DNA of 56,587 nucleotides, filler included, from Dugesia japonica (GCA_001938525.1; 6 parts of 6 records of this genome joined end to end with filler, not necessarily neighbours in it), one strand, 5' to 3'; positions 13,690 to 25,762 are shown, counted from the whole stretch's first letter. Notes: generated by a model from the sequence alone, not told the origin. Numbers and translations: made by a program.

Positions 13690-14045
13690 TAGGGGTATAC
13701 CGATATGCATTTTTGCCGACATTTGCGTTGCCGATATGAGTGCCGATATGAGTATTTGATTGGACAAAAAGCAGTGGTCATATTTGATGACTTACCAGAA
13801 TTGCATCCAAACTCTAAGCATTCTAAAAAGCATTCTATTCCTGATGCTAATACTAGATTCTATATTTCGCATCTGAATCCAAAAATTTCAGGCAACCATA
13901 AATTCCCTAATATTAGTGTAGTTAGGTATACACTGTATTTTTTGTCAAAATGTTACTTATTATGAAATATCGGGATTTATACATGCTACCGATATCGATA
14001 TTTCCAAAACCCTGATATCGGTGCCATTATATCGGTAGATCCCTA
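13690..14045. mobile_element. hAT-type MITE
   Basis: TIRs TAGGGGTATACCGATA / TATCGGTAGATCCCTA. 8-bp TSD CTTTCGAT / TTTTCGAT. Subterminal CCGATA repeats. Confidence 0.85.
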
Positions 14046-14119
14046 TTTTCGATAGCATAAATAGCCGATAAAAAAATAATATACAATAAAGAAGGTTTCA
14101 AAGCACTGACTAAAGGTAC

Positions 14120-15700
14120 TGTATGATGAACTACGAGATACGATGTGCACAAACTGATGTTGCAAGGTTAACACATGTTTGTTGTTAGCTTTCTAATTTT
14201 GGCCTTCTTTGTCTCTTTCTTTGAACACAGATGACACAATCTTCTAGGATGAGGCTGGTTGCCAGTTGGTGATATCAGTTCAATAAAGTGCTTTTTGGTC
14301 ATACGTCGGGGATGAATAGCAGCAGACGGTCTTCCACGAGGGGTAGAACATAATAAGGGGAAATATTTTGTCAATTGCTTTTTCTATTACATCTAAACGA
14401 TACTATAGGTGAGATGAGTTTATTCTCGATTTTTTATATAAAATATATGAATTCCACAAGCTGAGTTCTAATATGTGGAAGAATATTTTCTTATAATATT
14501 TTTTACCTCTTTTTCTAGGGATTGAATAGTCAGCAAGGTGTTAATTTACGTAATCAACTCCACCTATTGCATCGTTGTAATCAACGACAACTCTAAGTTT
14601 TTTTGTTATGTTTCTTGAAATTATTTCTACTTAGTCATTGGTGTGCACCTTTGATAATAATGTAACATCGTTTCTAACTTTCCACATCGAAACTGGTATT
14701 TTACATTTTCTTTATGAGACAGTTTTACCCACTCGCTAATCTTTTTGTTTTGATGCTAGTAGGCATCCCATTCCAATTTTTTGAACCGTGCCATACATAT
14801 CCGTCGATCAAAACACTAAATTTTTCGCCAATTTTGGAGATGTATAATAATTGTCCGTAGTAAGACAGTATCCATTATTCAACAGAAGTTAAATCAGAAA
14901 CAAGACCACTTGCTCTGTTACTTGGTGGTCCAGAAAATAATTATTGTATAAAGTGTCTTGGCATGTAAATATAAATGATTTCCAAAGATACCCCGTTTTA
15001 GATTCGCTGAATCCAAATGTATTTATCCAAAAATCAGCTCTTTTAGATAGTATGCATTGTTTCCACAGAAGGAGGCTTTCGTCTATAGTTACATCTCTTT
15101 TAAGAGAGTAAACTTTGGAAAATTACTTTAGACGTTTATCATGTATTGTTCAAATTTTATTTAATTTTGGATTGGTGTGAGTTTGTGGAATGCAAATTTT
15201 ATATCTGTTTGAGCCGTTTCAGTGGCATGGTCATTCCAAAATATGGCAAATACAATATTGGCCTCGTCGATCAATTGAGATCTTGATCAGGCATTCTCCT
15301 TTTGCTTTGTAATACATTGAGCATAAAAAATTCCGCTGTTTTCTTTCATCAATCAAGTTCTCTGGAGACGTCCTTTGTGACGTCGAAGGTCTCAATACCA
15401 CCTGTTGTTGTGCATAACAATTCATCTCTGTACAAATGTGTTGGACGATGTCCTCATCAAAATATACATAAAAAACCTGTAGAATATTATTTCTTCAAAT
15501 TCTCTATTTACCCTTGGATTCCCAGTAAAAGAAAATCTAGCAGGTGAGAGTTCTTAGGTAAACTTATTGCTTATTTTATACCAAATCTGGCTTTGGTTTT
15601 CAGGTAGTACAAGTGATGCAATAGTTTCACTTTCCGAAGAAACAGTAGGCGATGTTGAAGTTTCAACATCAGTTTTATATTCGCTCGAAGAATCCATTTT
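14120..15700 (-). pseudogene. piggyBac (PGBD4-like) transposase pseudogene
   Basis: Minus-strand motifs RDVTIDESLLLWK, GYCLTTDNYYTSPKLA, DYNDAIGGVD and YYKKIFFHILELSLWNSYIL, plus the C-terminal Cys-rich RLCHLCSKK...C..C...LC. Confidence 0.88.
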
Positions 15701-16221
15701 ATAAATCAATAAAATATATTTGTTTAAATAACAAAATTTAGACTCAGAAAACAGTTATAAATAAAATAGTTCAAAGCGCAAATACACAAATAAAAACAGT
15801 TTGAAAAACACGAAAAATCAGAAGAGAAAAGTAGAAACAATTTAAAAACAATGCAGTCGCGCGCGTTGTTACTAGACAACTGATATTTTAGAAAATTTGA
15901 AAGAAATACAAATCTGGGATTATAGGTGAAATTCAAGTGTGTATAGAAATTAAATGACCAAAGAAATGGCATTTTAGAACATAAATATCGTAAAATAATT
16001 TTAAATCCAATTTGTTATCCATCGGAATCTATATTCTTAAATAATGTTAGAAACAGGTTCATTCTAAACACCATGTTTTCATTAAAGTTATATTATACAT
16101 AAACATATTGTTTGAATGATTATATTTTACAATTACAATTATTGCGAGAATAATTGTTGGACCACAGTAACNNNNNNNNNNNNNNNNNNNNNNNNNNNNN
16201 NNNNNNNNNNNNNNNNNNNNN

Positions 16222-16620
16222 AAGTATTGTTTGAGATACATAAAATATTCATGTAACACTAATAATTCTTTTCTAGTAACACAATAAACTTTTTCATGAG
16301 CAGAAGGATGACGTGATTGCATTCATTTGTCCAATAAAGGTTTTTGTTACATCCTGATATGACCGCATAAACTACGTCTCCAATTTCAGCATAAATCTAA
16401 GACAATAAATTATTAACCAAAGAAGTGGTTTGAGTATTTTAGATTTTCTGCTTAAAATATTATTTTAAATTATTTGTTTGAATTCCATCAGAATTAAAAG
16501 TGTAAGCCAAAAAACAAGTTCCTCTTTGTAAAATTTGCATTTTTCTTGGTTAATTTTTAAATCCTGATAAAAGTTTGTTTAAACACTTCATCTAACATTT
16601 CGTCATTTTCTTGTAAAGAC
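16222..16620 (-). pseudogene. Gypsy RT/RNase H relic
   Basis: SAHEKVYCVTRKELLVLHEYFMYLKQY resembles the RNase H motif AERNYCVTRKELLA. Confidence 0.6.
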
Positions 16621-16944
16621 TTTCCTTAGACTGGAAAGTGTGTATAGAAATTAAATGACCAAAGAAATGGCATTTTAGAACATAAATATCGTAAAATAAT
16701 TTTAAATCCANTTTGTTATCCATCGGAATCTATATTCTTAAATNATGTTAGAAACAGGTTCATTCTAAACANCATGTTTTCATTAAAGTTATATTATNCA
16801 TAAACATATTGTTTGAATGATTATATTTTACAATTACAATTATTGCGAGAATAATTGTTGGACCACAGTAACCATTGATCGTTTTTCAGAATTCATTTAA
16901 AATAAAAGCTTCGATCAAAATTTGTTTTCTTGGTTTTTGATAAT

Positions 16945-16979
16945 AATTCTATATTTCGACTTTGTCTTCGTCAGGAATT
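16945..16979 (-). ncRNA. Minimal hammerhead ribozyme in a short dispersed repeat
   Basis: Reverse complement reads AATTC-CTGACGA-A-GAC(AAA)GTC-GAAA-TA-TA-GAATT: intact core, 5-bp stem I, 3-bp stem II, loopless palindromic stem III, AUA site. Confidence 0.75.
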
Positions 16980-17033
16980 CACTTTTCAAATGAGAATATT
17001 ATTAGTATTTGTATATTATTTAGAAATACCTAC

Positions 17034-17103
17034 ACCAGCAGCATCAAAATATTGAAGAATTGCAACAATAAGCAAAATTCCTTCTGCAACTTTTTGAATG
17101 TCT
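17034..17103 (-). CDS. Probable internal exon of a MATE/SLC47-like transporter
   Basis: TTTTCAG acceptor, reading DIQKVAEGILLIVAILQYFDAAG, GTAGGT donor. Resembles the MATE helix 'V..V...L.I.A....FDA'. Single exon only. Confidence 0.45.
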
Positions 17104-17144
17104 CTGAAAATATTTAATTTAAAAATCTGACTAAATATGTATTA

Positions 17145-17471
17145 CAGGGTTGCCCAAAGTGCGACTATCTAGCCGCATGTGACCAGTTTTACTTTTATGT
17201 GCGGACATCACCAATATGATAAAAATAAAATAACACATATTTCGAAACACTTTATTTTGAAGAAATAAAATCGATTTTCGAGTTCCTTGTTTTATTATTG
17301 ACTTTAAATACAGAACAATATTACTTGTTATTCATTTTATTAAGAATCTCCAATAACCGAATCGAATATAATTTAAAATAATTACCTTGGATAAAAAATT
17401 GAACTAAAAAGTGTGTTTTTGTTTTTTCGTCAAATTTATGCCATTCGTTCTATGATCTTTAGGCACCCCTG
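17145..17471. mobile_element. hAT (Charlie-like) MITE
   Basis: TIRs CAGGGTTGCCCAAAG / CTTTAGGCACCCCTG. 8-bp flanks ATGTATTA / ATTTATTC (6 of 8 match). Confidence 0.7.
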
Positions 17472-17638
17472 ATTTATTCAAAAGTATATATTGTTTCTAT
17501 TACTTAATTATTTGACAGTAATTTAATGTATATTTGATATTTTATAAAAGACTTTAATCGGTTGAAGTGAACCATCTATGAAGGTAAATTATTACTGCTT
17601 CCTGAAAATATTTAACGTTTTTTAATTTTTTATAACTA

Positions 17639-18259
17639 CCTTGTTTCCCCACTTAGTGTGCGCGCGCACTTTAAGTGAAATCATAAAAATAAACAAAGAA
17701 ACAAACCCTTTGTATTTTTTTTCGCTTATAGTGCGCACTCGTCTATAATGCGCATCGATAATTTATGACTATCAACGAATATAATATAATATCAAATAAA
17801 ACACATTAAAAAATTCTTAACATGATGATTTATTTATATGTAATGGACTATAGACAAACTTTATCTTAATTTGATAGTGCATTCGATTAAACAATTAAAT
17901 CCGATGAAATCGCTGGGGTAGGGAAAAAATAGATAAATGATTATTAATAAAGAAAGATAATATTAATTATTTATATTATATATATCGTTTTTATATTAAA
18001 TGTGTGTGTTCGTAGTGGAAATTATTTTATTTTCATTATTATGTTTCTAATAAGAATTATAAGTTCTTTAAAAAAATCCCAAAGATTGATTGGTTGACTT
18101 GTTTAAATATCACTCCATCAAAACACGGAATTTTATTTCGAGAAGATAATACTATTGTAGGAAAAGATTATTTCAAAACGTTTTTGATTTTGTCTACTTA
18201 GAATTCGCGATAATTATATTCAGATATAGTGTGCGCGCACACTAAGTGGGGTTACACGG
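17639..18259. mobile_element. pogo/Tigger-like non-autonomous element
   Basis: TA|CCTTGTTTCCCCACTTAGTGTGCGCGC ... GCGCGCACACTAAGTGGGGTTACACGG|TA. Confidence 0.85.
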
Positions 18260-18286
18260 TAGTAATAAATAAATCAATGTATATAT

Positions 18287-18978
18287 GATGAAATTAATCT
18301 CATGACATAATTTGCGTGAGAAATAATTTTCTCAACTAAATACACAGGAAAAAAGTAACCCGAAAATAAGTACTATTACCTAGTGATGCAATTTATGATG
18401 CAATTTTTAAATTCCCAACTAAATACATTAGGATTAAATTTCGTTACGTCACGGTAGGGGGGTACTGAATGTGTGCGTGGTGCGGTCCGCCACTATCCAT
18501 AGACTCATATTATTTCTAACTAAATCAAATGTCTGCTAAAAGTATATATTAACTAAAACATGATTTTACAAGGTATAAATCAAAATATGCTATTTGCAGT
18601 AAATGATTTGTAAATCAAATATCTACAGAAATTTACAATAAAACATTTTTACCACTTAAAGATTATTCATAAATAACTGGAAGTTGAAGTAAATAAATAC
18701 AACGAAATGAAGAAAAGTTATCCCATTTAAACGAATCTATATTATTATTTAAATAAAAATCTACCACGTAAAATATTTACTTATACTTTGTTATATATAA
18801 TCTTACATTATTTATGATAGCTACAGTTTTAATATATAAAATTGAAGAATTGTTAGTAGATAGATAGTGGTGGACCGCACCACGCACACATTCAGTAGCC
18901 CCCTCCCGCCGCCGTGACGTAACGAAATTTAATCCTAATGTATTTAGTTGGGAATTTAAAAATTGCATCATAAATTGC
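18287..18978. repeat. Two convergent copies of a terminal repeat (ends at 18498 and 18862); related ends at 10672 and 13195
   Basis: About 110 bp from CAACTAAATRCATTAGGATTAWRTTTCGTTAC to CCACTATCY recurs four times in this segment. 18862-18978 is the near reverse complement of 18387-18498. Confidence 0.8.
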
Positions 18979-19259
18979 NNNNNNNNNNNNNNNNNNNNNN
19001 NNNNNNNNNNNNNNNNNNNNNNTTAATTAATTAANNNNNNNNNNNNNNNNNNNNNNNNNNNNNNNNNNNNNNNNNNNNAATATTATTACTGCTTGTAAAT
19101 ACTAAAAATAGAATATCATTGAGATGAATAATATATAATCAATTAGGTGGCTTTATAGCAGCATTACTATGAACTTCATTAGACTTAACTCAAATAAACA
19201 ACGGATGGATTACAATTATTACCTAATTTTGAACAAAACTTTTGCATCAAAATGTAGTA

Positions 19260-19783
19260 ATTGGGAAACAGAAGACAATATGAACAAATCCAAAAANCCC
19301 AGCCGGTTTTCTAGACGTAGAAAATTTATTGAAAGTAGCTCAAAAAACGAAAAGAAAGAGAAGAAATGGTTATCCAGTCAGTTAGCGTACAGTCTGAACA
19401 AGCAAATGATGGAAAGATTTCCAACAAGAGCGTATAAAACATGTTGTATTGATGATTTCTGATAAATGGATCTAATGGATCTAAATGGATCTAACAATAC
19501 TATGTAAAATGCTATGCATACAAAAATCCAAGTTGGATATTAGCATCACAAATAGGCAACCAAGATGAAATCAAATAATTACTATACACTTTTAGCGAGT
19601 AATAGTCCACTAGTTCATCCAAATAATACTGGTAGTAATTTTATTGTTGAGCGTCAAAATCCAATTTACATGGATAATGGTATGTGGGCTGTTCATCAAA
19701 AAACTGAAAAGCGAGGAGCTTTTAATACTATTGTCTATAAAACTAGGAAATGTTATATATACTTCGAAATATTTAAATATTAA
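19260..19783 (+). mobile_element. Maverick/Polinton relic: deleted integrase followed by minor-capsid-like N-terminus
   Basis: KKWLSSQLAYSLNKQMMERFPTRAYKTCCIDDF..MDLM matches the Polinton integrase N-terminus, fused to a C-terminal-like SWILASQI. Then MKSNNYYTLLASNSPLVHPNNTGSNFIVERQNPIYMDNGMWAV resembles FYITLPSN...PxNT.SNF.V.L..PI.L.G.WEV. Confidence 0.7.
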
Positions 19784-21989
19784 ATAATAAATATTATATT
19801 AAACATAAACATATTATTGTATATTAAAGGTAGTTAATAAGACAAGTAAATATTTTACTGACACTCATGGTGGATGATAGGTAAACATTGTCAATTCAAA
19901 TTTTGAAGTGACAAGTATAAAAATACTATACAATTTTTTATTGCCTGTAATCTAGGATGACCGATTTACTTTTAAATATTATACAGAAAAGTGATAAGTA
20001 TACAATTACTATACAAATTGGAATGTCCCAAATCTAGGATGGTTGATATATTATTATTAAATAATTATATTTTTGTAAAACCATATAATATTATTCCTAT
20101 GCGAGTTGTCATAAATTTGATGAAATTAAGGAAAATATCTAACGGTTTGTTTGAACCAGAGTTTTTTCCTCTAATAGTATGGAATGAAAATAAAACTGTC
20201 TCTTTAAAAATGCATGAAATAAGTAATAATTAATAGTAATTTATTGATTAAAATTAATTAACTTATAAAAAAGTTAATATTTGTCTTATTTTATTACAAC
20301 CCAATCTATCGCGTTTATTATATATATACTTAAAAATATATACTTACACACACGAGCACCATAATTTCTGCACCAAAATATTTGCATGGAAATGTGCACT
20401 TGTACTTTTAAAATAATGAAAAAAGAAAAAAAACCAGAAAAATAGAAAAAAATTAAATTAAAAAATATTGAAACTAAATTTAAAATTTACGCAACATTAA
20501 CATACAAAATCAAACAAAAATACGGTAGATAGGTCAGCATCGCATAATTTTTCGCGATGGTCAATTCAAACCAATTCTTAGTAACTATATGCTGCATTCT
20601 CTTTTAAGAATGATATTGTTTTTATTAATAATATCAAAATTGAAGTTGGAAATGAAATATTATATTCAAAAAGCATTGATTGAAATTATAATAATTTATA
20701 AAGGTGACAATAAGAATATTTTTCTTATAACAATGTTATATGTAGCACAAGCAGATACAAAGAAAGATTTAAAATTAGCCTCAAAATAACCTTAAGAATT
20801 AAAAGAAAAATTCAAATATTTAATTAAAATTTAAAATTCCCACAGCATTAAAATATAAATCAAAACAAATATACTGTAGATAGTTCAGCAAGGCATGACT
20901 TTTTTAATTATTCAACTCAAACAACCTTCTTTCCTTCTTCTTCTATCTAATTTGTAACCAATCAATCAATAATCGATATTCATTCAGAAATCGATGGTTA
21001 ATAAATGCGCGATAACTCATACGGTCGCACACACCACTGGTATGTATTTTCGCGAGTATGGGGGAAGGAGAGATAGAAAATTCTTTTGACAAATCATATT
21101 TTAAGATCATTCGAAATGGACGATTCTAATTAGTTAAAAACTGACCAATCAAAAAGTCCTGTCAACGGGACCTGTTGAACTACTTCTAATTATTATTGAA
21201 ATTCTTGATAAATGGAGTTGCTCTTATTTTTGAGATTCTTAAATGGTTGCCAACTTAATATTTTGGTTGCTTTTAATTGCTTTTGATTGTTGACGAAATA
21301 ACCATAACTTTAATTAATTGTTTGATGATGCATCAATCGGTGCGGCATTTAAAACCTTATGACACGAATGATTATAATTATGAATAATTTTTGGCAACAA
21401 ATATTTCNNNNNNNNNNNNNNNNNNNNNNNNNNNNNNNNNNNNNNNNNNNNNNNNNNNNNNNNNNNNNNNNNNNNNNNNNNATTGAGAGAATACAGTATA
21501 ATGGTTTATGTTAAGAGGTTTTTCAGGATTTCTGATTCCAGAGTTCAAATTTTCTTACTTAATTCGTTTTTATATTATCTGAATACTCATTATTGAATAT
21601 TGACTAGATTTTAGCTTCCTTTTCATTAGCAAATTTAATATGGTAAGAGTAGCTCTTAAAAATACATAGATATATGTACATGTATCCATTATTAATTTTT
21701 GAACACGGAATCTACTTCCTCAAATCATAATTACCATAATTCATACAAGCTGTTGTTGGTAATCTTTCCAACATCATCTTGTTTCCACTTCAAGCAATTT
21801 ATGTGCATTGTTAGTACTTATTCTCAAATTGAAAAGAAAAAATTGAGCTTCCGTAAATGTCGTTTTTCAGGCATAAATGTCATCANNNNNNNNNNNNNNN
21901 NNNNNNNNNNNNNNNNNNNNNNNNNNNNNNNNNNNGTTTTATTACTAGTATGCACAAAATATTTTTTCAAAGCCTTTTTTAATATTCAA

Positions 21990-22422
21990 TTCGAATTTTC
22001 TACAAATGCAGCTTTGTATTGAGAGAATACAGTATAATGGTTTATGTTAAGAGGTTTTTTAGGATTTCTGATTCCAGAGTTCAAATTTTCCTACTTAATT
22101 CGTTTTTATATTATCTGAATACTCATTATTGAATATTGACTAGATTTTAGCTTCCTTTTCATTAACAAATTTAATATGGTAAGAGTAGCTCTTAAAAATA
22201 CATAGATATATGTACATGTATCCTTTATTAATTTTTGAACACGGAATCTACTTCCTCAAATCATAATTACCATATTTCATACAAGCTGTTGTTGGTAATC
22301 TTTCCAACATCATCTTGTTTCCACTTCAAGCAATTTATGTGCATTGATAGTACTTATTCTCAAATTGAAAAGAAAAAATTGAGCTTCCGTAAATGTCGTT
22401 TTTCAGGCATAAATGTCATCAT
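21990..22422 (-). pseudogene. Mariner transposase N-terminal relic (duplicated at 21482-21885 across a gap)
   Basis: MTFMPEKRHLRKLNFFLFNLRISTINAHKLLE resembles the Mos1-type N-terminus. Confidence 0.5.
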
Positions 22423-22629
22423 ATAAAATGANAAAATACGAACAATTGTATAAATATTTTTGAAAATTGTAAGATATAATTAAATAGTGCTTAAACTGCA
22501 CTTCAGATCAATAACAACAGAATTTGCAAAAATTTCTGCATTGAAAAATTATATATACATATTTATTTCAAATGAAAAAAATTGCAAAATTTGATGTACT
22601 AATCTTTGCCATTGAAGCAACTTTGGCAT

Positions 22630-23738
22630 TAGGGTTGGGTTTTTACCAATTATTTACCGGTAAATTGTAAAATTATTATTACCGTTTTACCGGTAATTTA
22701 TGATGGTAAATTTGGAAATATTTTTTAAAATTTCATTTCAGAAATAAAAATTTTAAAAATATTCCATTTCAAAATGGAAAAACATCATTTTGATCTTTGC
22801 AATTGAAAATAAATTTTATTAAATTGGTTTTCCAAAATATTTGTTTAAATATTTTTAATTGATTTCCAGAATTATTTTAATTATATTGATTAATTTTAAA
22901 ATTTCCGAAGTTTGGAAATATTTCATAAAAGATCATTTATTCGATCAGGAAAAGGTTATAATTTTCCAAAAAACCACAAACAAGCTATTCAATTAGTGAA
23001 AACGTTTGCTTATTTTGTGAAGAATGTTTTGTAATATTAATGAAAGCATACCAATCCCAGAAATTAAAATCAACTTCCAGTTTGTCATCAACAAAGTTCG
23101 AAAAATTATTAAGTTTTTTCCAAAATCCCGCTGTCAAAAATGATGTACTTATGATTTCTCTTATGATAGATTGCAGGACAAGAATGAACAGTTTATTATC
23201 AATGATTAAACAGTTTTTAAAAATTAANGACCCAATAATCAAAGTATTGAAAGATATTTCANCTNNTTTTGATTTGCAGTGATGATGAATTGGATATTTC
23301 AAAAAAAACAAAGACNTAACTCAAACGATGAATTCAAGGCTATTTCAAAAGAAATGCTGGTATATGAAGCAACATGAAAGAGAACCTGAAATCTTAAACT
23401 ATTGTTTCATACTTTGGAAACAATTCATCCAACCAGAGTAGAGTTAAAGCGTGCATTTTCAGCTGCTGGACTATTTGTGAAAATAATTAGATCAAGAATG
23501 AGTGATGAGCTTCTTGATACATTGTGTTTTCTTAAAGCCTGTTTTTTTTGGAAAATAAATCCTTATACATATTACATAACATTCTTTATTTTATATTTCT
23601 CTGTTTGAATTATTTACTAAACACAACTCGTGCATTATGGGTATAATTATTTCTCATTAGTATATTAATATTTTTAAAAATTTATCATTTTTACCGATAT
23701 TACCGGTAAATTTAAAACACCATAAAAGCTCAACCCGA
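22630..23738 (+). mobile_element. hAT element, internally deleted transposase
   Basis: TIRs TAGGGTTGGGTTTT / AAAGCTCAACCCGA. TSD TTTGGCAT / CTTGACAT. Motif IDCRTRMNSL (DxxTRWNS) and dimerisation motif PTRVELKRAFSAAGLFVKIIRSRMSDELLDTLCFLK. Confidence 0.88.
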
Positions 23739-24049
23739 CTTGACATACATTTCATTTAACTTAGAAAATTTCACGATTGAAATTTCAGACCACATGACCT
23801 TGTTGGAGTGCCCTTATTTCATTGAGTTCACATCTACATGCTTACAGTCATTAAAAACGTTTGTTATAGATGATTTACTATGGAATTTTGTAAATATTAT
23901 TCTTGGTAATGATTTTTGTCATTACAACGCCAGAGAAAATCGAGTACAAAGAACAAAACATAAGAATAATAAATTTTGTATAAACAATGGTTAATTTGGA
24001 ATCATTTTCAAGAATATTATCTTAAATTTATATAAAATCGTTGTAATAG

Positions 24050-24280
24050 ACAAATGAAAATAGTATGATTCGATTTAAAAAATCCAGCAGGGTTCCGAGA
24101 AGTAACAAATTTATGAAAAATATCAAAGTATTCAAATAGCGAGACAAAAAGTGATTATTGAATTAATTTGTACAGTGTTGACAAGATTTCTAATAAGACC
24201 ATATAACACCTTTGGTATGGACGATTTATGGCAAAATGATTTGATGGAAATAATACCATATTCAAGAAATAATAATAAAT
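24050..24280 (+). pseudogene. Second Maverick/Polinton integrase N-terminal relic
   Basis: DLKNPAGFREVTNL and RFLIRPYNTFGMDDLWQNDLMEIIPYSRNNN. Confidence 0.7.
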
Positions 24281-24831
24281 TAATAAATTCATAAACCGAT
24301 TATGGTGAGAGAGTGTTGATTAAGGCGTTAATGATTAGAATTCATAATCCCAGCATATATATATATATATATATATATATTCGATTTCTAGAACAAACTT
24401 CCGAAAATCTTTTACCTTTTATTCTTAAAAAGATAAATCAAAGTCCACATTAAAAGTTATTAAACAACTAAATGTTTTTAATTATCAATTAATTATTTTT
24501 TTATTTTAATAATACGTAAATTCAAGCTTTTAAAAAATAATATGCTACAGTGGTGATATAAGAACCAGAAGGTAATCAATATTAGAATAATCAAGGGATT
24601 TGTTCATGAATCATTTATAAAGGTAAACTTATCTAATCAAATGATTCAATCTATTTAATACGATATTAAATATTTACCATCTTACATCTTTATTGACGAT
24701 TTTATTTTTTATTATATTTCTCTACTATATTAAGTGAACAATTGAAGTTATGAATGCATCAGAAATTTTGATTCAAAATAATTTGCTAATTAATTATGTA
24801 TAAATATAAAATAAATAGAAATTAAATTAAT

Positions 24832-25762
24832 ATGAAAGTTATGTTTGAAAATATTCTATTTCTGCTGTTAATATTATTAATAAGTAATTTAATTTTTATT
24901 CTTTTCATAATAATGATTTATACAATACTTAGTTTTATCATATAATAATGTACAACCGATTTATTGCTACACTTGTCCAGAATGTACAGCAATTTCATCC
25001 TCAGGATCATTAGCTTCTGGATGTAATGCGTGTGGTTCTATTGTGTTTGCATCTTATACGCGGAAAGCATGTTTAACAAGTTGTTCACAAGGAAGTTATC
25101 AAGGAGGATATTTGTATTGTTGTACTAATGACTATTGCAACTTTATTACGACTAGTAAATATTTAATTATTAACATTTAAACAAAAATCTTTTCTAAATT
25201 ATTCTAATAATGATTTAATTTAGTAAGTCCTATATCGTGCTATGAATGTTCAGTGTGTACATCATCATCACCGGGATCGGTAGCCTATGGATGCATGGCG
25301 TGTGGTACTATCGTGTTTTCAACTTATACACAGAAAATATGTTTACAAAGTTGTTCACCAGGAAGTTTTGAAGGAGGATATTTATATTGTTGTACAAGTT
25401 CGTATTGCAACTATAATATCACACGTAAATATTTAATTATTATAAATTAAATATAAATCTTTTATAAATTATTCTTACAATTTTATTTAGCAAGCAGTTC
25501 TTTTTTATCGTGCTATGAATGTTCAACATGTTCATCATCATCACTTGGTACTCCATATTCAGGATGTACTACATGTGCTACTATTGTGTATCCAACTTAT
25601 ACAACAAAAAAATGTTTATCAAGTTGTTCACCAGGAAGTTATCAAGGAGGATATTTATATTGTTGCAATACTGACTGGTGCAATTCTGGTTATCGATTAG
25701 TGATTTATAAACAGTTTTTGATGAGTTTGCTTTTATTCATTATTTCACGTTTCATTTACTAA
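24832..25762 (+). CDS. Secreted/GPI-anchored protein with three tandem Ly6/uPAR (three-finger) domains, 248 aa; exons 24832-24883, 24933-25154, 25224-25424, 25491-25762
   Basis: Signal-peptide exon MKVMFENILFLLLILLI. Three 10-Cys modules CYxCxxC...CxxC...CLxSC...CCxxxxCN. Phase-1 GT-AG introns of 49, 69 and 66 nt. Hydrophobic tail QFLMSLLLFIISRFIY*. TATA-like sequence near 24799 and AATAAA at 25866. Confidence 0.92.

Noticed and set aside
15938-16872. ~235-bp near-identical direct repeat (15938-16171 and 16638-16872), superficially LTR-like
   Set aside because: The first copy ends exactly at an N gap and the second contains ambiguous bases; most likely an unmerged contig overlap or haplotype.
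21482-22422. ~400-bp tandem duplication giving two near-identical ORFs (MNTESTSSNH...)
   Set aside because: The copies are separated by an N gap, so probably an assembly artefact. The ORFs are the antisense of a mariner relic.
25515-25700. His-rich ORF MNVQHVHHHH
   Set aside because: Alternative frame of the third Ly6 exon.
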